Assembly (NCBI GenBank): GCA_964016885.1
Contig: OZ024750.1
Coordinates: 31,682,001-31,746,000, forward strand
DNA: 64,000 nucleotides
Source: Eledone cirrhosa
Lineage: Eukaryota
Reading direction: 5' to 3'
Part shown: piece by piece, positions 30,096-45,416 of the stretch
How positions within the stretch are numbered: the stretch's first letter is position 1
How the letters are laid out: each line of letters opens with the position of its first letter
The notes under the pieces: model-generated
Databases searched by the model: none
Told to the model about the DNA's origin: nothing
Seen by the model: the letters and a program-made list of their open reading frames with translations, nothing else
Made by a program: the position numbers and the translations under genes

Positions 30096-30399
30096 GGTGA
30101 TATGAAAACATCAACTGCAACGAAAAACTATGGAAGAAATGAAGCAAATATTTGAATCTCATTAGTTTATGAAATACTGATATCTACCATGGACATAAGA
30201 TAAGCCTTTGAGAAACAATAAATAGTTAGGTGTAATGAATATTTAGTGAGGTTGTTATCTTAGAAGAAGCGGCTATGGAATTTTATATAGGTTGTTGTGA
30301 AATAGTGTGTGTGTGGGGGGGGGGGGGTAGATGGAGAGACGACTTATGGAATGACTGGGAAAACGGGAACTGGGTAAGTAATATAGATAATATAAGTGT

Positions 30400-30930
30400 T
30401 GGAGAGAGAGGGAATAAGAGAGTAATGCAGAAGATATGATTGGGGGAGAGAGTAATATAGTAAGTATGAGTGAGGGGGGTGGGTGTAACATAGGAAGTAT
30501 GAGAGAGAGAGAAAGAGAGTAACATAGGAAGTATGAAAGAGAGAGAGAGTAACAGGAAGTATGAGAGGGAGGAGGAGTAACTTAGAAAATATGTGAATGA
30601 GGGAGTGAAAGTAACAGGAAGTTTGAGAGAGAGGGAGAGAGAGAGTACAATAAGATGTATGAGAGAGAGAGAGGGAGGAGTGAGTAAAATAAAATGTATG
30701 AGAGAGAGTAACATAGGAAGTATGAGAGAGAGGGGGGAGGGAGAGAGAGAGTAACATGGAATGTATGAGAGGGAGAGTAACATAGGAATTATGAGAGTGT
30801 GGGAGAGAGAGTAACATAGAAAGAATAAGAGAGAGTAAAAGAGAGAGAGTGGGGGAGAAGGTGTAACAAAATGTATGTGAAAGAGAGGGAGAGGAGAGTA
30901 ACATAGAATGTATGCGGGGGTGGGGTGACA
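30400..30930. repeat. Purine-rich minisatellite (gagagagtaacataggaagtat-like)
   Basis: Repeated gtaacataggaagtatgagag variants. Confidence 0.8.
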
Positions 30931-31167
30931 AAGAGAAAAAGAATCATTTGATATAAATTTCGGTAATCTTCTTAATACAAACTATAAGCTTGTATATTTT
31001 TATAGAATCAATTTGTAAATAATTAAAATTGATATACTTCTATTATAAACATTCATCTCTTGATTATTGGAAAAACCAAACCTCTGTCCTAATGTTTAGC
31101 TTTGGAATAAATAAATAAATAAATAAGTAAAAAAGGGTATTGATTTCAGTAATTGTTGTCATATTTT

Positions 31168-32200
31168 GAGGCGGAGAACTGGCGGAGTTACTAGAACATC
31201 GGATACAATTCTTTGCGGTATTCTTTCTGCTATCTGCTTTCTCTGTTCAAATCCCGCCTTTCCTCCATTCGGGGTCGATAAAAAAAGTACCAGTCAAGTA
31301 CTGGGGTCGAATCTTCCTCTATATCTCTTTCTCCCTGCACTTCTTTCATTTCCTATCCTACTCTGGAAGAAATCTGCTGTACTCGGGCCTGGAGAGGAGA
31401 TCGGCTTCACCAGTTTTAAAAGATGCCTTAAGATATGCTTTATTGACATATGTCACCCCTACCACTCCATCTAGAGATAAAGGACGATGCATGTATGCAT
31501 GTCATATTTTGGGAGGGTCATACTGCAAATAAAAACAAAGGCACGCATGAGTTATTTCTCACGTAGACATGTATTGGGACACAAATTGGCAGAATCGGTT
31601 ACCGAAGGGCATCATTGATTGCAGCATAAAGTTACGACCCGATACGTTCTGGTTTCAAAGCCCGCCGAGGTTAGCTTTGCCTTTTATCCTTTAACTCTTT
31701 GATTTTCATCCTTTGGAGGTCGATAAAATATAAACCAGTAATACCATGGTGTCAATTTAATCGACTTTCTCCTCCCCCAAACATTTTTGGCTTTGTGACT
31801 AAATCAGAAACCATTATCAATCATGTATAGGGAGATAGATTGACAGTAATCGGTAGAGTGTCGGACAACATTCTTTGTGGCATATAGTTACGGCCCTTTA
31901 CATGCTAAGTTCACAACCCATCCAGTTTAAATTTACCTTTTCATCATTACGGGGTCGATAAAATAAAGTATCAACGATGCATTGGAGATGATTTAACTGA
32001 CTTTTCTCTTCTTTTCAAGTTTCTGGCCTTATGGCTAAAATGGAAAGTTATTAGTCAAATAGATATTGGTGTATTGGTAGAGCGTTAGAATAAAATACTT
32101 CGGTGTATTTGATTACAGTACATTACGATCTGAGTTGAGATCCCGCCAAGGTGAAGTCTTTATTTTTCATCCTTTGGAGGTCGATAAACATATTAAACCC
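31168..32200 (+). mobile_element. Cluster of four diverged tRNA-SINE copies
   Basis: Degenerate A/B boxes and ggtcgataaaa central motif at ~31170, 31585, 31835 and 32065. Confidence 0.7.
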
Positions 32201-32479
32201 ATTACTGCACCGTCACAGGAATTGATTCGGTGGCGTTATATATAGTATGGGAACTAATCCATTCACCCTTTGGGTTAGTAACTAGATATTTATGTCATTG
32301 TCAAACCTTTTTCGTCATACATTATTTGGCTTCATGAAAATAGTTCTGACCTTTGTACCCTCTCTTCGTTTCGATTGTATTCCAATTATTACATCTTGAC
32401 CTACCGTGGTGTGTCGTATGCGTACGGGCGCACGATTTCTGATCACGATTACTTGCAAAACAAATACTAAAATGAAGTG

Positions 32480-32548
<69 letters not shown>

Positions 32549-33059
32549 GAGTGTGTGTGTGTGTAGACATATGTTTGTGTATGAGTTTGAAAATTGTGCA
32601 ACAAAATGGATAGTCATAATAAAAACAAACTAGAAAAGGATTATGTAGAAGCTAAAGATCACTCTGTTTTGTCCCTATCAATGATGTATGTGTCAATGCG
32701 GCATTAGAGTCCGAATTAGTTTCATTTCCCCGGGGTCACCAGGGTGAAACATCCACAGTTTCAATATTGTATACTCATAGTTAGCTGAATATATTTCATA
32801 CTGCATTGGACTCTTGCCAAAATATGATACGATCGATGGGTGTTGTTGATTTTAAATACAGACGGAGATTTCCAAGCTACTTCTTACTTTACTATTCATG
32901 AAATAACATGTGCATTTTTTTGCTTCGGAATAAACAGGAATATTATATTAGACCTAATGGATTTCGTATTGTTTTATTCAATTAGATTCTATATGCATGG
33001 CAGTTAAAATACTTCAAGGCACGCAACATCCAAATCCCTGAATATGTATTAAGATAATA

Positions 33060-33762
33060 GTTTGTAATATTGTACAATGACAACAATATGTGGGAAACGA
33101 AAATCAATTAATAAACACCAGTACCTGACTGTTGCATTATTGTATCGGCCCCAGAAAGATAAAACGGAAATTTGACCATAACAAGATTTGAACTCAAAAT
33201 TTAAAAAGTTATAAGAAATATTGCTGAGCATGTTGTCCGATGTTCTAACGACTCTGCCCCATCCACCGCTGCCACTGTAAGATGATAATGAAACAAAAAT
33301 CTGAGACAACACGAGCATGGGTTTCGGAGGAATTAAATAATAGTTTCTGATTTAGGCACAAGGCCAGCAATTCGGGGAAAGGGTAAGTCAACGCCAGTGA
33401 ATTACTGGTAATTTATTTTATCGACCCCGTAAGGATGAAAGGCAACGCTAACTCCGGCGAGATTCGAACTCAGAACGTAAACGTCCGTAAATATATACCG
33501 TTGAGTATGATTACTGCTTACCCACCGTCCTGGATGAAGTAAATAGTGATTTCTATTATAGGCACAAGCCTAGTAATTTTTTGGGGGGGCAGTCGATTAA
33601 ATTGATTCCAGTACATTACTGGTACTTTATTTTATCGACCCCGTAAGGATGAAAGGCAAAGTTAACCTCGGCGGTATTTGAACTCAGACCGTAAAAGGCC
33701 GTAACTCTAAGCTGCAAACCATGGCGTCCGAATCTCTACCGATACTGCCAATCTACCGCCCT
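33060..33762 (-). mobile_element. Three minus-strand tRNA-SINE copies
   Basis: Reverse-complement consensus matches at ~33060-33265, 33340-33530 and 33545-33762. Confidence 0.75.
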
Positions 33763-34814
33763 CGACGAAGTAAATAATAAAATAATATCTTACAATATAT
33801 GAACATAAATATTATCTTGAAATGGACTTACAACAAGTGAATAGCGAGGTTGAGGAAAATAAATCATAATTTAGTTTGTATTTGAAGATGTAGTTTTCTG
33901 TTCTTGCTGAAATGACAATTAAACTTCGAGAATTGTCTTTTCAGTTTTCATAGTTCAATTATAGACTATAGATATATTACTTCCAGAATTATATTATCAA
34001 GAACTGGGAGTGTTTGCTACAGTTATATTGCTTCTAGAATAATGTTATCAAACAAAAACAAACCTTAGGAATTATCGAAGCGCTTGGAATGTTTAAAATT
34101 TGAAAATATGAGAGTCCTAAACGCAGAAAAGAACTTAAGTATACATCGATCGATATATATAATAGTTGGGACAATCTAGCAAATTACCTCTAGAGACGGA
34201 AACACTGCACAGGGGTACAAACGAGGAAGCTATCCTTATCCACATAATACCGTCTCTAAGGGTAATTTACCCAGTTTTCTGAATTACTAACTATAGTGTA
34301 TGACTGATTTTACAGTTATTTTTTACTCACTCCTTTTCTAATGTCATACATTCCCAACGCTTCGATACTTCATCAAGTTTGTTTCCATTTGATAATATAC
34401 TTCTAGAAGCATGCACGTTTCTTTTTTGAAGAGGTTTATGTAGCTTTTAAGAGAAATTAGCTACACTTTCAAGCAGATTGAGCAAATTTGTATAGAACCA
34501 ATTTTTGGCTAGTTTCCTGTTTTAATGCAGATTGATGTTCAGATAGCTTTTATAGACGAATGCCGTAGAGTAGAGATACCAACAGTGAAATGCAGGTGTA
34601 TCGAGTAGTATTGGTTTGCAATAGTACAGAGCATGCAAGATCTAGATGAAGTTACAAGTTGCTGTGCTAAAACTAGAGTATTCGTGGGTGTAACATTTCA
34701 ACAAAGTTATATTGTACTTACACTGTATAAAAACGAAATTATTTAGGAGGTTAGCAGCTTACATTCCCAGATAAATGCATGTTTACACATTCACACCCTC
34801 AAATACGCACATAC

Positions 34815-34881
34815 ACAATATATATATATATATGATTATCTATTTATATCTTTCGTTCACACTATATCTCTCTCAATCTCA

Positions 34882-34925
<44 letters not shown>

Positions 34926-35004
34926 AGAGAGAGAGAGAGAGAGAGTGTGTGTGTGTGTGTGAACGAAAGATATAAATAGATAATCATATATATATATATA
35001 TTGT
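34815..35004. repeat. Fold-back palindrome with (TC)n/(GA)n centre
   Basis: acaat...tgattatctatttatatctttcgttcacac is mirrored by gtgtgaacgaaagatataaatagataatca...attgt. Confidence 0.8.
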
Positions 35005-35556
35005 AATATTTCTAAAATATTCTAAAATTTCTAAACTTTCTAATTATTTGACTCTCACCATAATTTTCAGTATTACCACCCCACATTAATTCCTCTCTCT
35101 TTGTATGTGTGGATGTGTGTATATGTCTGTGGGGTGGATGTGAGTGTATGTGCAAGTCAACCTACATAAGTCTTTTTATATGTAAACATTCTAGTATTCG
35201 ACTCTAACCGTAATTTTCAGTAGTACCTCTCCACATAAATTCCTCAATTTAAGAATGACCTGTAGTATCGAATTTCATACTATTAACCTCAATTGAATAT
35301 ATATCTGACCAGGAATGGTTTTTGTGAAAATCAGTCATATGAAACTATTTCATCTTGCCTGACGGTTTGAACTTTACAACACCACCTGCCTCTTTGAGGT
35401 CAAATACCAACCCTACTAGCAACTACAAAGTGACCAATGAGAATTAAGACTATTCTTGCTGACAACAGTAAATAATCCCTAACAAGCTCATATGTCCCAG
35501 GGCTCTGATACCATCAACACCATAAACACAGAGCTGGTATATCTAAGAACTGACTA

Positions 35557-35614
35557 ATTGCCTGATGAGGTCATAGCTATTCAATGGCTATCATCGAAAT
35601 ATATATATAGCAGT
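35557..35614 (+). ncRNA. Type I hammerhead ribozyme
   Basis: AUUGC CUGAUGA GGUCAUAGCUAU-UCA-AUGGCUAUCAUC GAA AUAUAUAUAU A/GCAGU; palindromic stem III; element ends in (TA)n about 45 bp downstream. Confidence 0.7.
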
Positions 35615-36358
35615 AAATAAAGGATTATGAGTTCATGCAATTGACTTATTTTTCGTTACTATATATATATATATATATATACATACATAAACATATACAC
35701 TCACACGCAAGCATACACACACTCGCACGCGCGCACACATATATATCAGTGAGATATTGATGTAATTTACATATAGTATTGAACCATTTCCGTTGCACAT
35801 ATGAAAATAGGGTATTTGCCCTGAATTATTGTGTTGAAATATATTGGGTAAAACATTATTTGTCTTATTTTACATGTGATCCTTTGACCTTGATATATTC
35901 CAACCGCAATGTACCGTGGGCTTTTTGAAAACTATCAGTCGTGTAGTACATACCTCCGAATGATTTATATATATATGTGTGTGTGTGTGTGTTTTTGTTT
36001 ATGGATGTTTATATATATATATACATACTTAGATACAAAGATATACAACGGCACACATTTCACCCGTGTTTTCCTAAAGAACATATTTCCCGTTTTCATT
36101 CTTTTCGTACTGTCGTGTGATCTTCTATTTCTTTTTGATTCTCTCATTCTCTCTTCCGATGGAAGCCGAACGTCCGAAAAGATACGTATAGCTAAACTAT
36201 AATAAAGTAAGGAGTGCGGGACTGCTAAATTTCGTTATTCTTGATTAAATATAAATAATATTGTTGCTTATTTTAAGATTCACTTCTTTAAAATGTTAAA
36301 TGTCAAAACTTTCGGTTAGCGATCGCTTAACTAAACATTCATATATTTCTGTCACTAA

Positions 36359-36454
36359 TTTTCTCCTATATATAATATTTTCTCCTATATATAATATTTT
36401 CTCCTATATATAATATTTTCTCCTATATATAATATTTTCTCCTATATATAATAT
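36359..36454. repeat. 19-bp minisatellite x5
   Basis: ttttctcctatatataata repeated. Confidence 0.9.
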
Positions 36455-37059
36455 CGTCTTTTTTTAATGTATCATGAATTACGTTACTGATTACATAAGA
36501 GAGTGTACCGCAGTCTTCGTTCAATTTCTGTGTATATTGTCAATTGTGATTTTATTTGATGTATTATATCTACATGCATAATAACTGGCATATAATATCA
36601 ATATGCACATTACACATGCTAGCAGAAAACCCCGGAAGGATCGTTTTTCTGCTAGTCTTACTAATACACCAAGGCTAATCTAATATATATATCAGGGTGG
36701 TCTTCTTTTGAAACCCCGTTTCATTTTTCCTTGTAGAATTTATTTATACATACAAACAGACATATTGACTTACACATACATACATATGTATGTTCGTCGG
36801 TTTGTCTGACTCTCTGTCTGATTTTATGTATGTATGTATGTCGTTAGGTTAATTTGGTGAGAGCTCCGAGGTGTTTCGATCTTATTAGATCGCATTAGTG
36901 AAGCATATTCACTTTTCAAGTTTACTTGAAAATAAGGGTTTAATAAACATAGAAAAAGCAAAAGAAAAAATGCGCTGATTATATTTATGCCAACGAGGAG
37001 TTAGGCAAACCTTTTTTGAAGGGAGCTATCAGAATAAATACAAGTAATGTTACGCTGTC

Positions 37060-37260
37060 TGAATGTAGTGGTTAGCGTGTTGGTCTTATAATTGCAAAGT
37101 TGTAGGTTCAATACCTGGGCCGGGTTGTGTGTTGTGTTCTTGAGCAAACAAAACACTTTATTTCACATTGCTTCTGTGAACTCAGCTGAAAATGGGTAGA
37201 GGTTAACTCTGCGATGGGCAGGTACTCTCTCTTGTGGGATGTCTTTTACTCTCCATTTCT
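37060..37260 (+). mobile_element. Second tRNA-SINE family with CORE-like central segment (also ~10690-10790 minus, 12575-12670, 22060-22200, 28190-28300 minus)
   Basis: tRNA-like head (gtagtggttagcg...ggttcaatacc) followed by gtgttcttgagcaa...acactttatttcac. CORE similarity judged by eye. Confidence 0.6.
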
Positions 37261-37850
37261 TAAACAGCAATAAAACTGGGATACCCTCCCACACGATGAC
37301 CCTCTGCACTTGGGATAGATTTTAACATTTTCTCAAAAATGTATAAATACGACTTTACGAGCGTCATGTAGAATGGAGAACTATGGTAGTGAACAAACAA
37401 ATAGTCTGCCCTATACAACATAAATAATTTCTTATAATAAGGAATCTCTTCACTCACACAAACTACGTCAATATGAAAATAATAACACACTGTTTACTAA
37501 ATATTACTGAAAATAAATTTGTTTACTCTCACAATATTACGTCAATTCTAGAATAATAACACCATGTTTACCAAGAATTACTGAGACTAAGTTTTTGTTT
37601 ATTCACACAAAGACTACGTCACTACGATAGTAGCAAAACATTGTCAATGCGTGATTTATACTAACCAGATAAAATAGCTAACATATTCGCTATCTAATAT
37701 CAGGACTACAGGCTGATAGATCAAAACATATATATTCATGGTACGTAAAACCCAGGTTGCTTGGTAACCTTTGGTATCAAAAACCTAATAGATCTCACGG
37801 TCTAGCACCACTAGTCGCGAGACTAGAGGTGTTTGAGTTATGATGATAAT

Positions 37851-38038
37851 TGTTTCTACTTTTCGCACAAGGCCAGCAATTACCCAGTACATCACTGGTA
37901 CTTTATGTTATCGATCCCGTGAAGGATGAAAGGCAAAGTTGATCTCGGCGGGATTTGAACTTAGAATGGAAAGGGCCGTAACTCTATGCGTCAAAGCATG
38001 ACGTCCGACCCTCTATCGATACTGCCAATCCACCGCCC
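37851..38038 (-). mobile_element. tRNA-SINE with TSD, nested in a second SINE family
   Basis: TSD ttatgatgataat at 37838-37850/38039-38051; the flanking element carries cttgagcaaaa(c)acttcattt(c)ac like 12630, 22140 and 37140. Confidence 0.8.
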
Positions 38039-38412
38039 TTATGATGATAATGTCGTAGGATCGATTCTCGGACTGGAATCTGTTTTGTAATCTTGAGCAA
38101 AAAACTTCATTTAACATTGCTCCATTATACTCAGCTGAAAAAGGTTTACCAGTAATTTCTGGGAGTTTAACCCTGCGATGTACTGGCGCTTGTGCAGGGG
38201 AAAGTCTTGTACTTTCAATTGGTTAACGCCTAGGAAATCCGGATAAACACCGGCATTAGGAGCCTCTGGGCACGAGACAGACTTTAGACTTATATTTCTG
38301 GGTCAATATATGTATAAATGTTTGTTGAAAATTTTCAATGAAGCGTTTCTAGTCAAAACTGAATAAATGAATTAGAAAAGAAGCCAGTAAATGCGTATAT
38401 GTTTTTTTTCTT

Positions 38413-38488
<76 letters not shown>

Positions 38489-38631
38489 AAGGGCTGTCTA
38501 TGGTTGCTTTAAGTAAAACACATGCATTGTAAGTATTCTTTTAATGTAAGTACATCCAACTATCAATCTATTCATCGATACATAGATGCTCACATAGAGT
38601 TATACATGTGTAAATATATATATATATATAT

Positions 38632-38723
<92 letters not shown>

Positions 38724-39142
38724 CATACATACATATGTTAGTAACTGCCTCAATACAAATCTTGAGAAGCTAGGCTTCACAGGAACAGAAAGAACACAAC
38801 TAGTTAGGAATTTACAAGTACAATCCATTAATGGAACAGTAAAAATATGTAAAACATGCCAAACATGTTGCATCTAATAACTGCATATACACATGTAAAG
38901 ATGCAAAGCATATACACATGCACACATACAACTCAAAACATACATATCCACACATAAAATAGCATCCATATCTACACATGCATGCATACATATCTACCTA
39001 GATGATGTGTAAATTCCAATGAGAGAGTCTTGTGTCTATGTTAGAAACCGACTCTATCTCTATTGGTAAAACTTTGTGAAATTATAAAACCAGAAGAACA
39101 TACAACATACATACATACATACATACATACATACATACATAC

Positions 39143-39989
39143 ATGATGGCTGGCCCCTCGTTATCGAGTATGGCCATTGTAAGTTATAACATTTTAAATA
39201 ATTATTAATTAATTCTATCGTGCAATGCCTGTGCGTGAAGATTTATTTTAAAGTGAGGAAAGACTCTGCACTGAGCCAATCCCACTCACTGAGCAGCAGT
39301 AGCTATAACCTGAAAAGAAGAAAAGATCAACACCATCAATAAATACTGAGCCGCAGGTTTTATATCGGAATTATCCCAGTTTCCTGAGTTGACTTCTCCT
39401 AGAAGAATGTCCTGACAAATGCTTGGGGTCCTTACCTCCCAGTGGTTTAACCGCTCAATCGGGTATCCTGGCGACTATTTCTAGGTCCCCCGCGCGTACA
39501 TACATACATACGTACATACGTACATAGGTACATACATACATACATACATACATACATACATACATACATACATACATGGTGGCTGCCAACTCGTTTTCGA
39601 GTACGGCCACTACTTTATATCCATGTAGGAGAACCCCTAGTGATGCGCTAAACGAGTGTGACTTTTCAGTCCAGCCAGCGACTTGAAAACTCGGGTACAA
39701 ACACTACACTTGTGACAATTATTGACACATAGTGCTGGGCGCATGGTACCATGTCACGACAAGTGCAGAGAGATTTCCAGATATAAAGCAATGCCTGTGC
39801 CGTGAAGCTTTTATAGTGAGCAAAGGCACTGCACAAAGCCAGTCCCACTCTCTTAACCAAGATGATATTTACCAAAAAGAAGAACAAGTCAACATCATTG
39901 GATACCATCAGAGTTGCAGGTGTTATATCAGAGTTTTCCTTCTCCTAGAATTCTGCATTGACAAAGGCTAAGGGGTCATCTCTCCCGGA
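39143..39989 (-). mobile_element. Two related (CATA)n-embedded non-autonomous elements; the first also occurs at 6100-6395 (+)
   Basis: 39145-39435 is the reverse complement of 6100-6395; 39577-39989 matches 29461-29870. Confidence 0.65.
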
Positions 39990-40456
39990 CATACATACAT
40001 ACATACACACATACATACGTACATACATACAACCATGCATGCATAGATATCAACTTAGTATTTTATAACATCGCCCAACGTTTTCCTGGGCTGTATTCCT
40101 AGTTTTCTGCCTGATCGGGTCACTGTGCACCAAGACAGGCTTGTGGTTCGGTGGCAGCAGCGGAAGACACGACCTCCGGTCTACAAGCACAGCAAATGTG
40201 TAATATCTAGCTTCGAATCTGGGTCTCATATTGAAATTTAACCCAATACGCGACTGTCGATAGCTACTAGGATGACGTTCGACATTGTTGACCTCTACCT
40301 ACTGAAAACAAGACTAGATGTCATATATGTGCGTAATTCTGTATGCATACTCATATATTTATGTGTGTACGTTGTGTATAAGTGTTCATGTATACGTGTA
40401 TAAATATATATTTGTGTATACAGACAGACGTATATATATGCGTATTTACATATATA

Positions 40457-40516
<60 letters not shown>

Positions 40517-41263
40517 TATATATATATATGTGTGTGTGTGTGTTTGTGTGTGTATCTCCGTGTGTTTCTCTTTTATGTGTACATGTCTATGTGTGTGTAT
40601 GTATATATATGAATATAGATGCGCATATATATCCATATATAAATATGTATATATATATGTGTTCATATATAAATACATATGCATATATAAATTAGTTATA
40701 ATTAATTAGTTATAATCAATTAGTTATTAATTAGCTTGCAATTAAATCGTTTTAATTAAAGAATACTTTTCAATGCAGTTATATGAATGATATTTAAGAA
40801 GAGATTCTCAAATTTCTCTGTATAAGAAATCATATCCACAAGCGTTAATTTGTATTTTATAAATCAGTTGTCGATTTGCCGATTCCGCGTATTTTTATTA
40901 TTCTTTATGTCCAAACAATCAGAAAAAATGAGATTGATTATACCAATTAATGATGATTTGTTTGTTTTCAATTATTTATTTAATCGCAAAGTCTTAAAGG
41001 ACTGGCTGGTATTTCTAAATAAAGGCATATTGAATATTTAAAAAATTGATATTTAATTCACCGAATATATATATATATATAATATAATATAATATAATAT
41101 ATATATATAATATAATATAATATATATATATATAATATAATATATATATATATATAATATAATATATATATATATATAATATAATATATATATATATACA
41201 TATATATATAATATATATATATAATATATATATATATATAATATATATATATATATAGTATAT

Positions 41264-41305
<42 letters not shown>

Positions 41306-42197
41306 TTATATAATATATCTAATATATATATATATATATTATATAATATATATATATAATATATTTTATATAATATATATATATATATATATAATATATA
41401 GTATATTATATATATAATATATATATATATAGTATATATATAATATATATATATATATAATATATATATAATATATATATAATATATATATATATAATAT
41501 ATATATATATATAATATATATATATATATAATATATATATATATATATAATATATATATATATTATATACGATATTAAACAAATGGAAACTCTATTTATA
41601 AAACCATATTTATTTCATTATATATATTTCAGGGATATCATATTAAAAATATGATATGCCTTCCTCAGACAAAATACAATATATAAACCGTTTTATAAAT
41701 AAATTTGACATACCTTAAACATTACAACTTCCATTTAAAAAGTTGATTTGGTAGTGAAAATGTTAAGGACAGTTAGAAAGAAAGACGAAGAGAAAAAAGA
41801 AGGAAATTGTATAGTGCTAAGGACGAATAGAAGAAGAAAGAAAGTGTATAGTGCTAAGGACAGTTAGAGAGGAAGACGAAGAAGATGAAGAGATGTATGT
41901 AAAGAAAAAACAACAGAGCGAGATAGAGAGAGAAAGAGATATGGGAGAGAGAAATATATTGAGGAAGTGAAAAATGATAGGCAGCTTGGGTAGATGAAAT
42001 ATATATAATGAAATAAATATGAAATATATATATGAAATATATATATGAAATATATATAATGAAATAAATATGGTTTTATAAATATAGTTTCCATTTGTTT
42101 AATATCGTAAATCTACTCCAAAACTTGTTGAGTGCTTTTATATCAGTTATAAAATATTTACTCGTTGTAACCCAACAATTTTAAATAAAACTTTTGC

Positions 42198-44945
<2,748 letters not shown>

Positions 44946-45094
44946 GTTGCCAATAAGGAACACATGCACCAGTTGCTTTCACTTCAATTTATTATATATT
45001 TATAAATTTATAAATTTACAAATCTACAAACCTATAAATTATAAATTTCTGGTTGGTTGGTTGGTTCCACAACCAGATAGTTGTTTATATATAT

Positions 45095-45139
45095 AGTCAT
45101 AGTCCTTTCGTCACACACTCTGTGACCTCTTCAGTGACT
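45095..45139 (-). ncRNA. Minimal type I hammerhead ribozyme in PLE 3' pseudo-LTR
   Basis: AGUCA CUGAAGA g GUCACA-GAGUG-UGUGAC GAA AG-GA-CU A/UGACU: stem I 5 bp, stem II 6 bp, one extra nucleotide after A9, CUA cleavage triplet. Confidence 0.75.
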
Positions 45140-45416
45140 GGGGATTCCTTTCTTCGTTTCTGTGCCTTTTCTTTCTTCTATCCTACGCCATTTTGTTTCT
45201 GTGTGTGTGTTGTGTGCTCAGTTTGCGCATGTGCCACATCCGGGTGTCTGTGTGTGTTTGTGTTCATTTTTCTATTTGTTTATTTATTTATTGTTGGTTG
45301 GTTGTTTGTTCTATGTGTGTGTGTGTTTTCATTTTGTCCTGTGTGTGTTTTCATTTTGTGTGTGTTTTCAATTGTAAGTTGTTTGTTCTATGTGTGTGTG
45401 TGTTTTCATTTTGTCC

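Noticed and set aside
36150-36225. Degenerate HHR/PLE-like 3' end (ccgatgg...ccgaaa...aataaa)
   Set aside because: Core is non-canonical and the stems are unconvincing.
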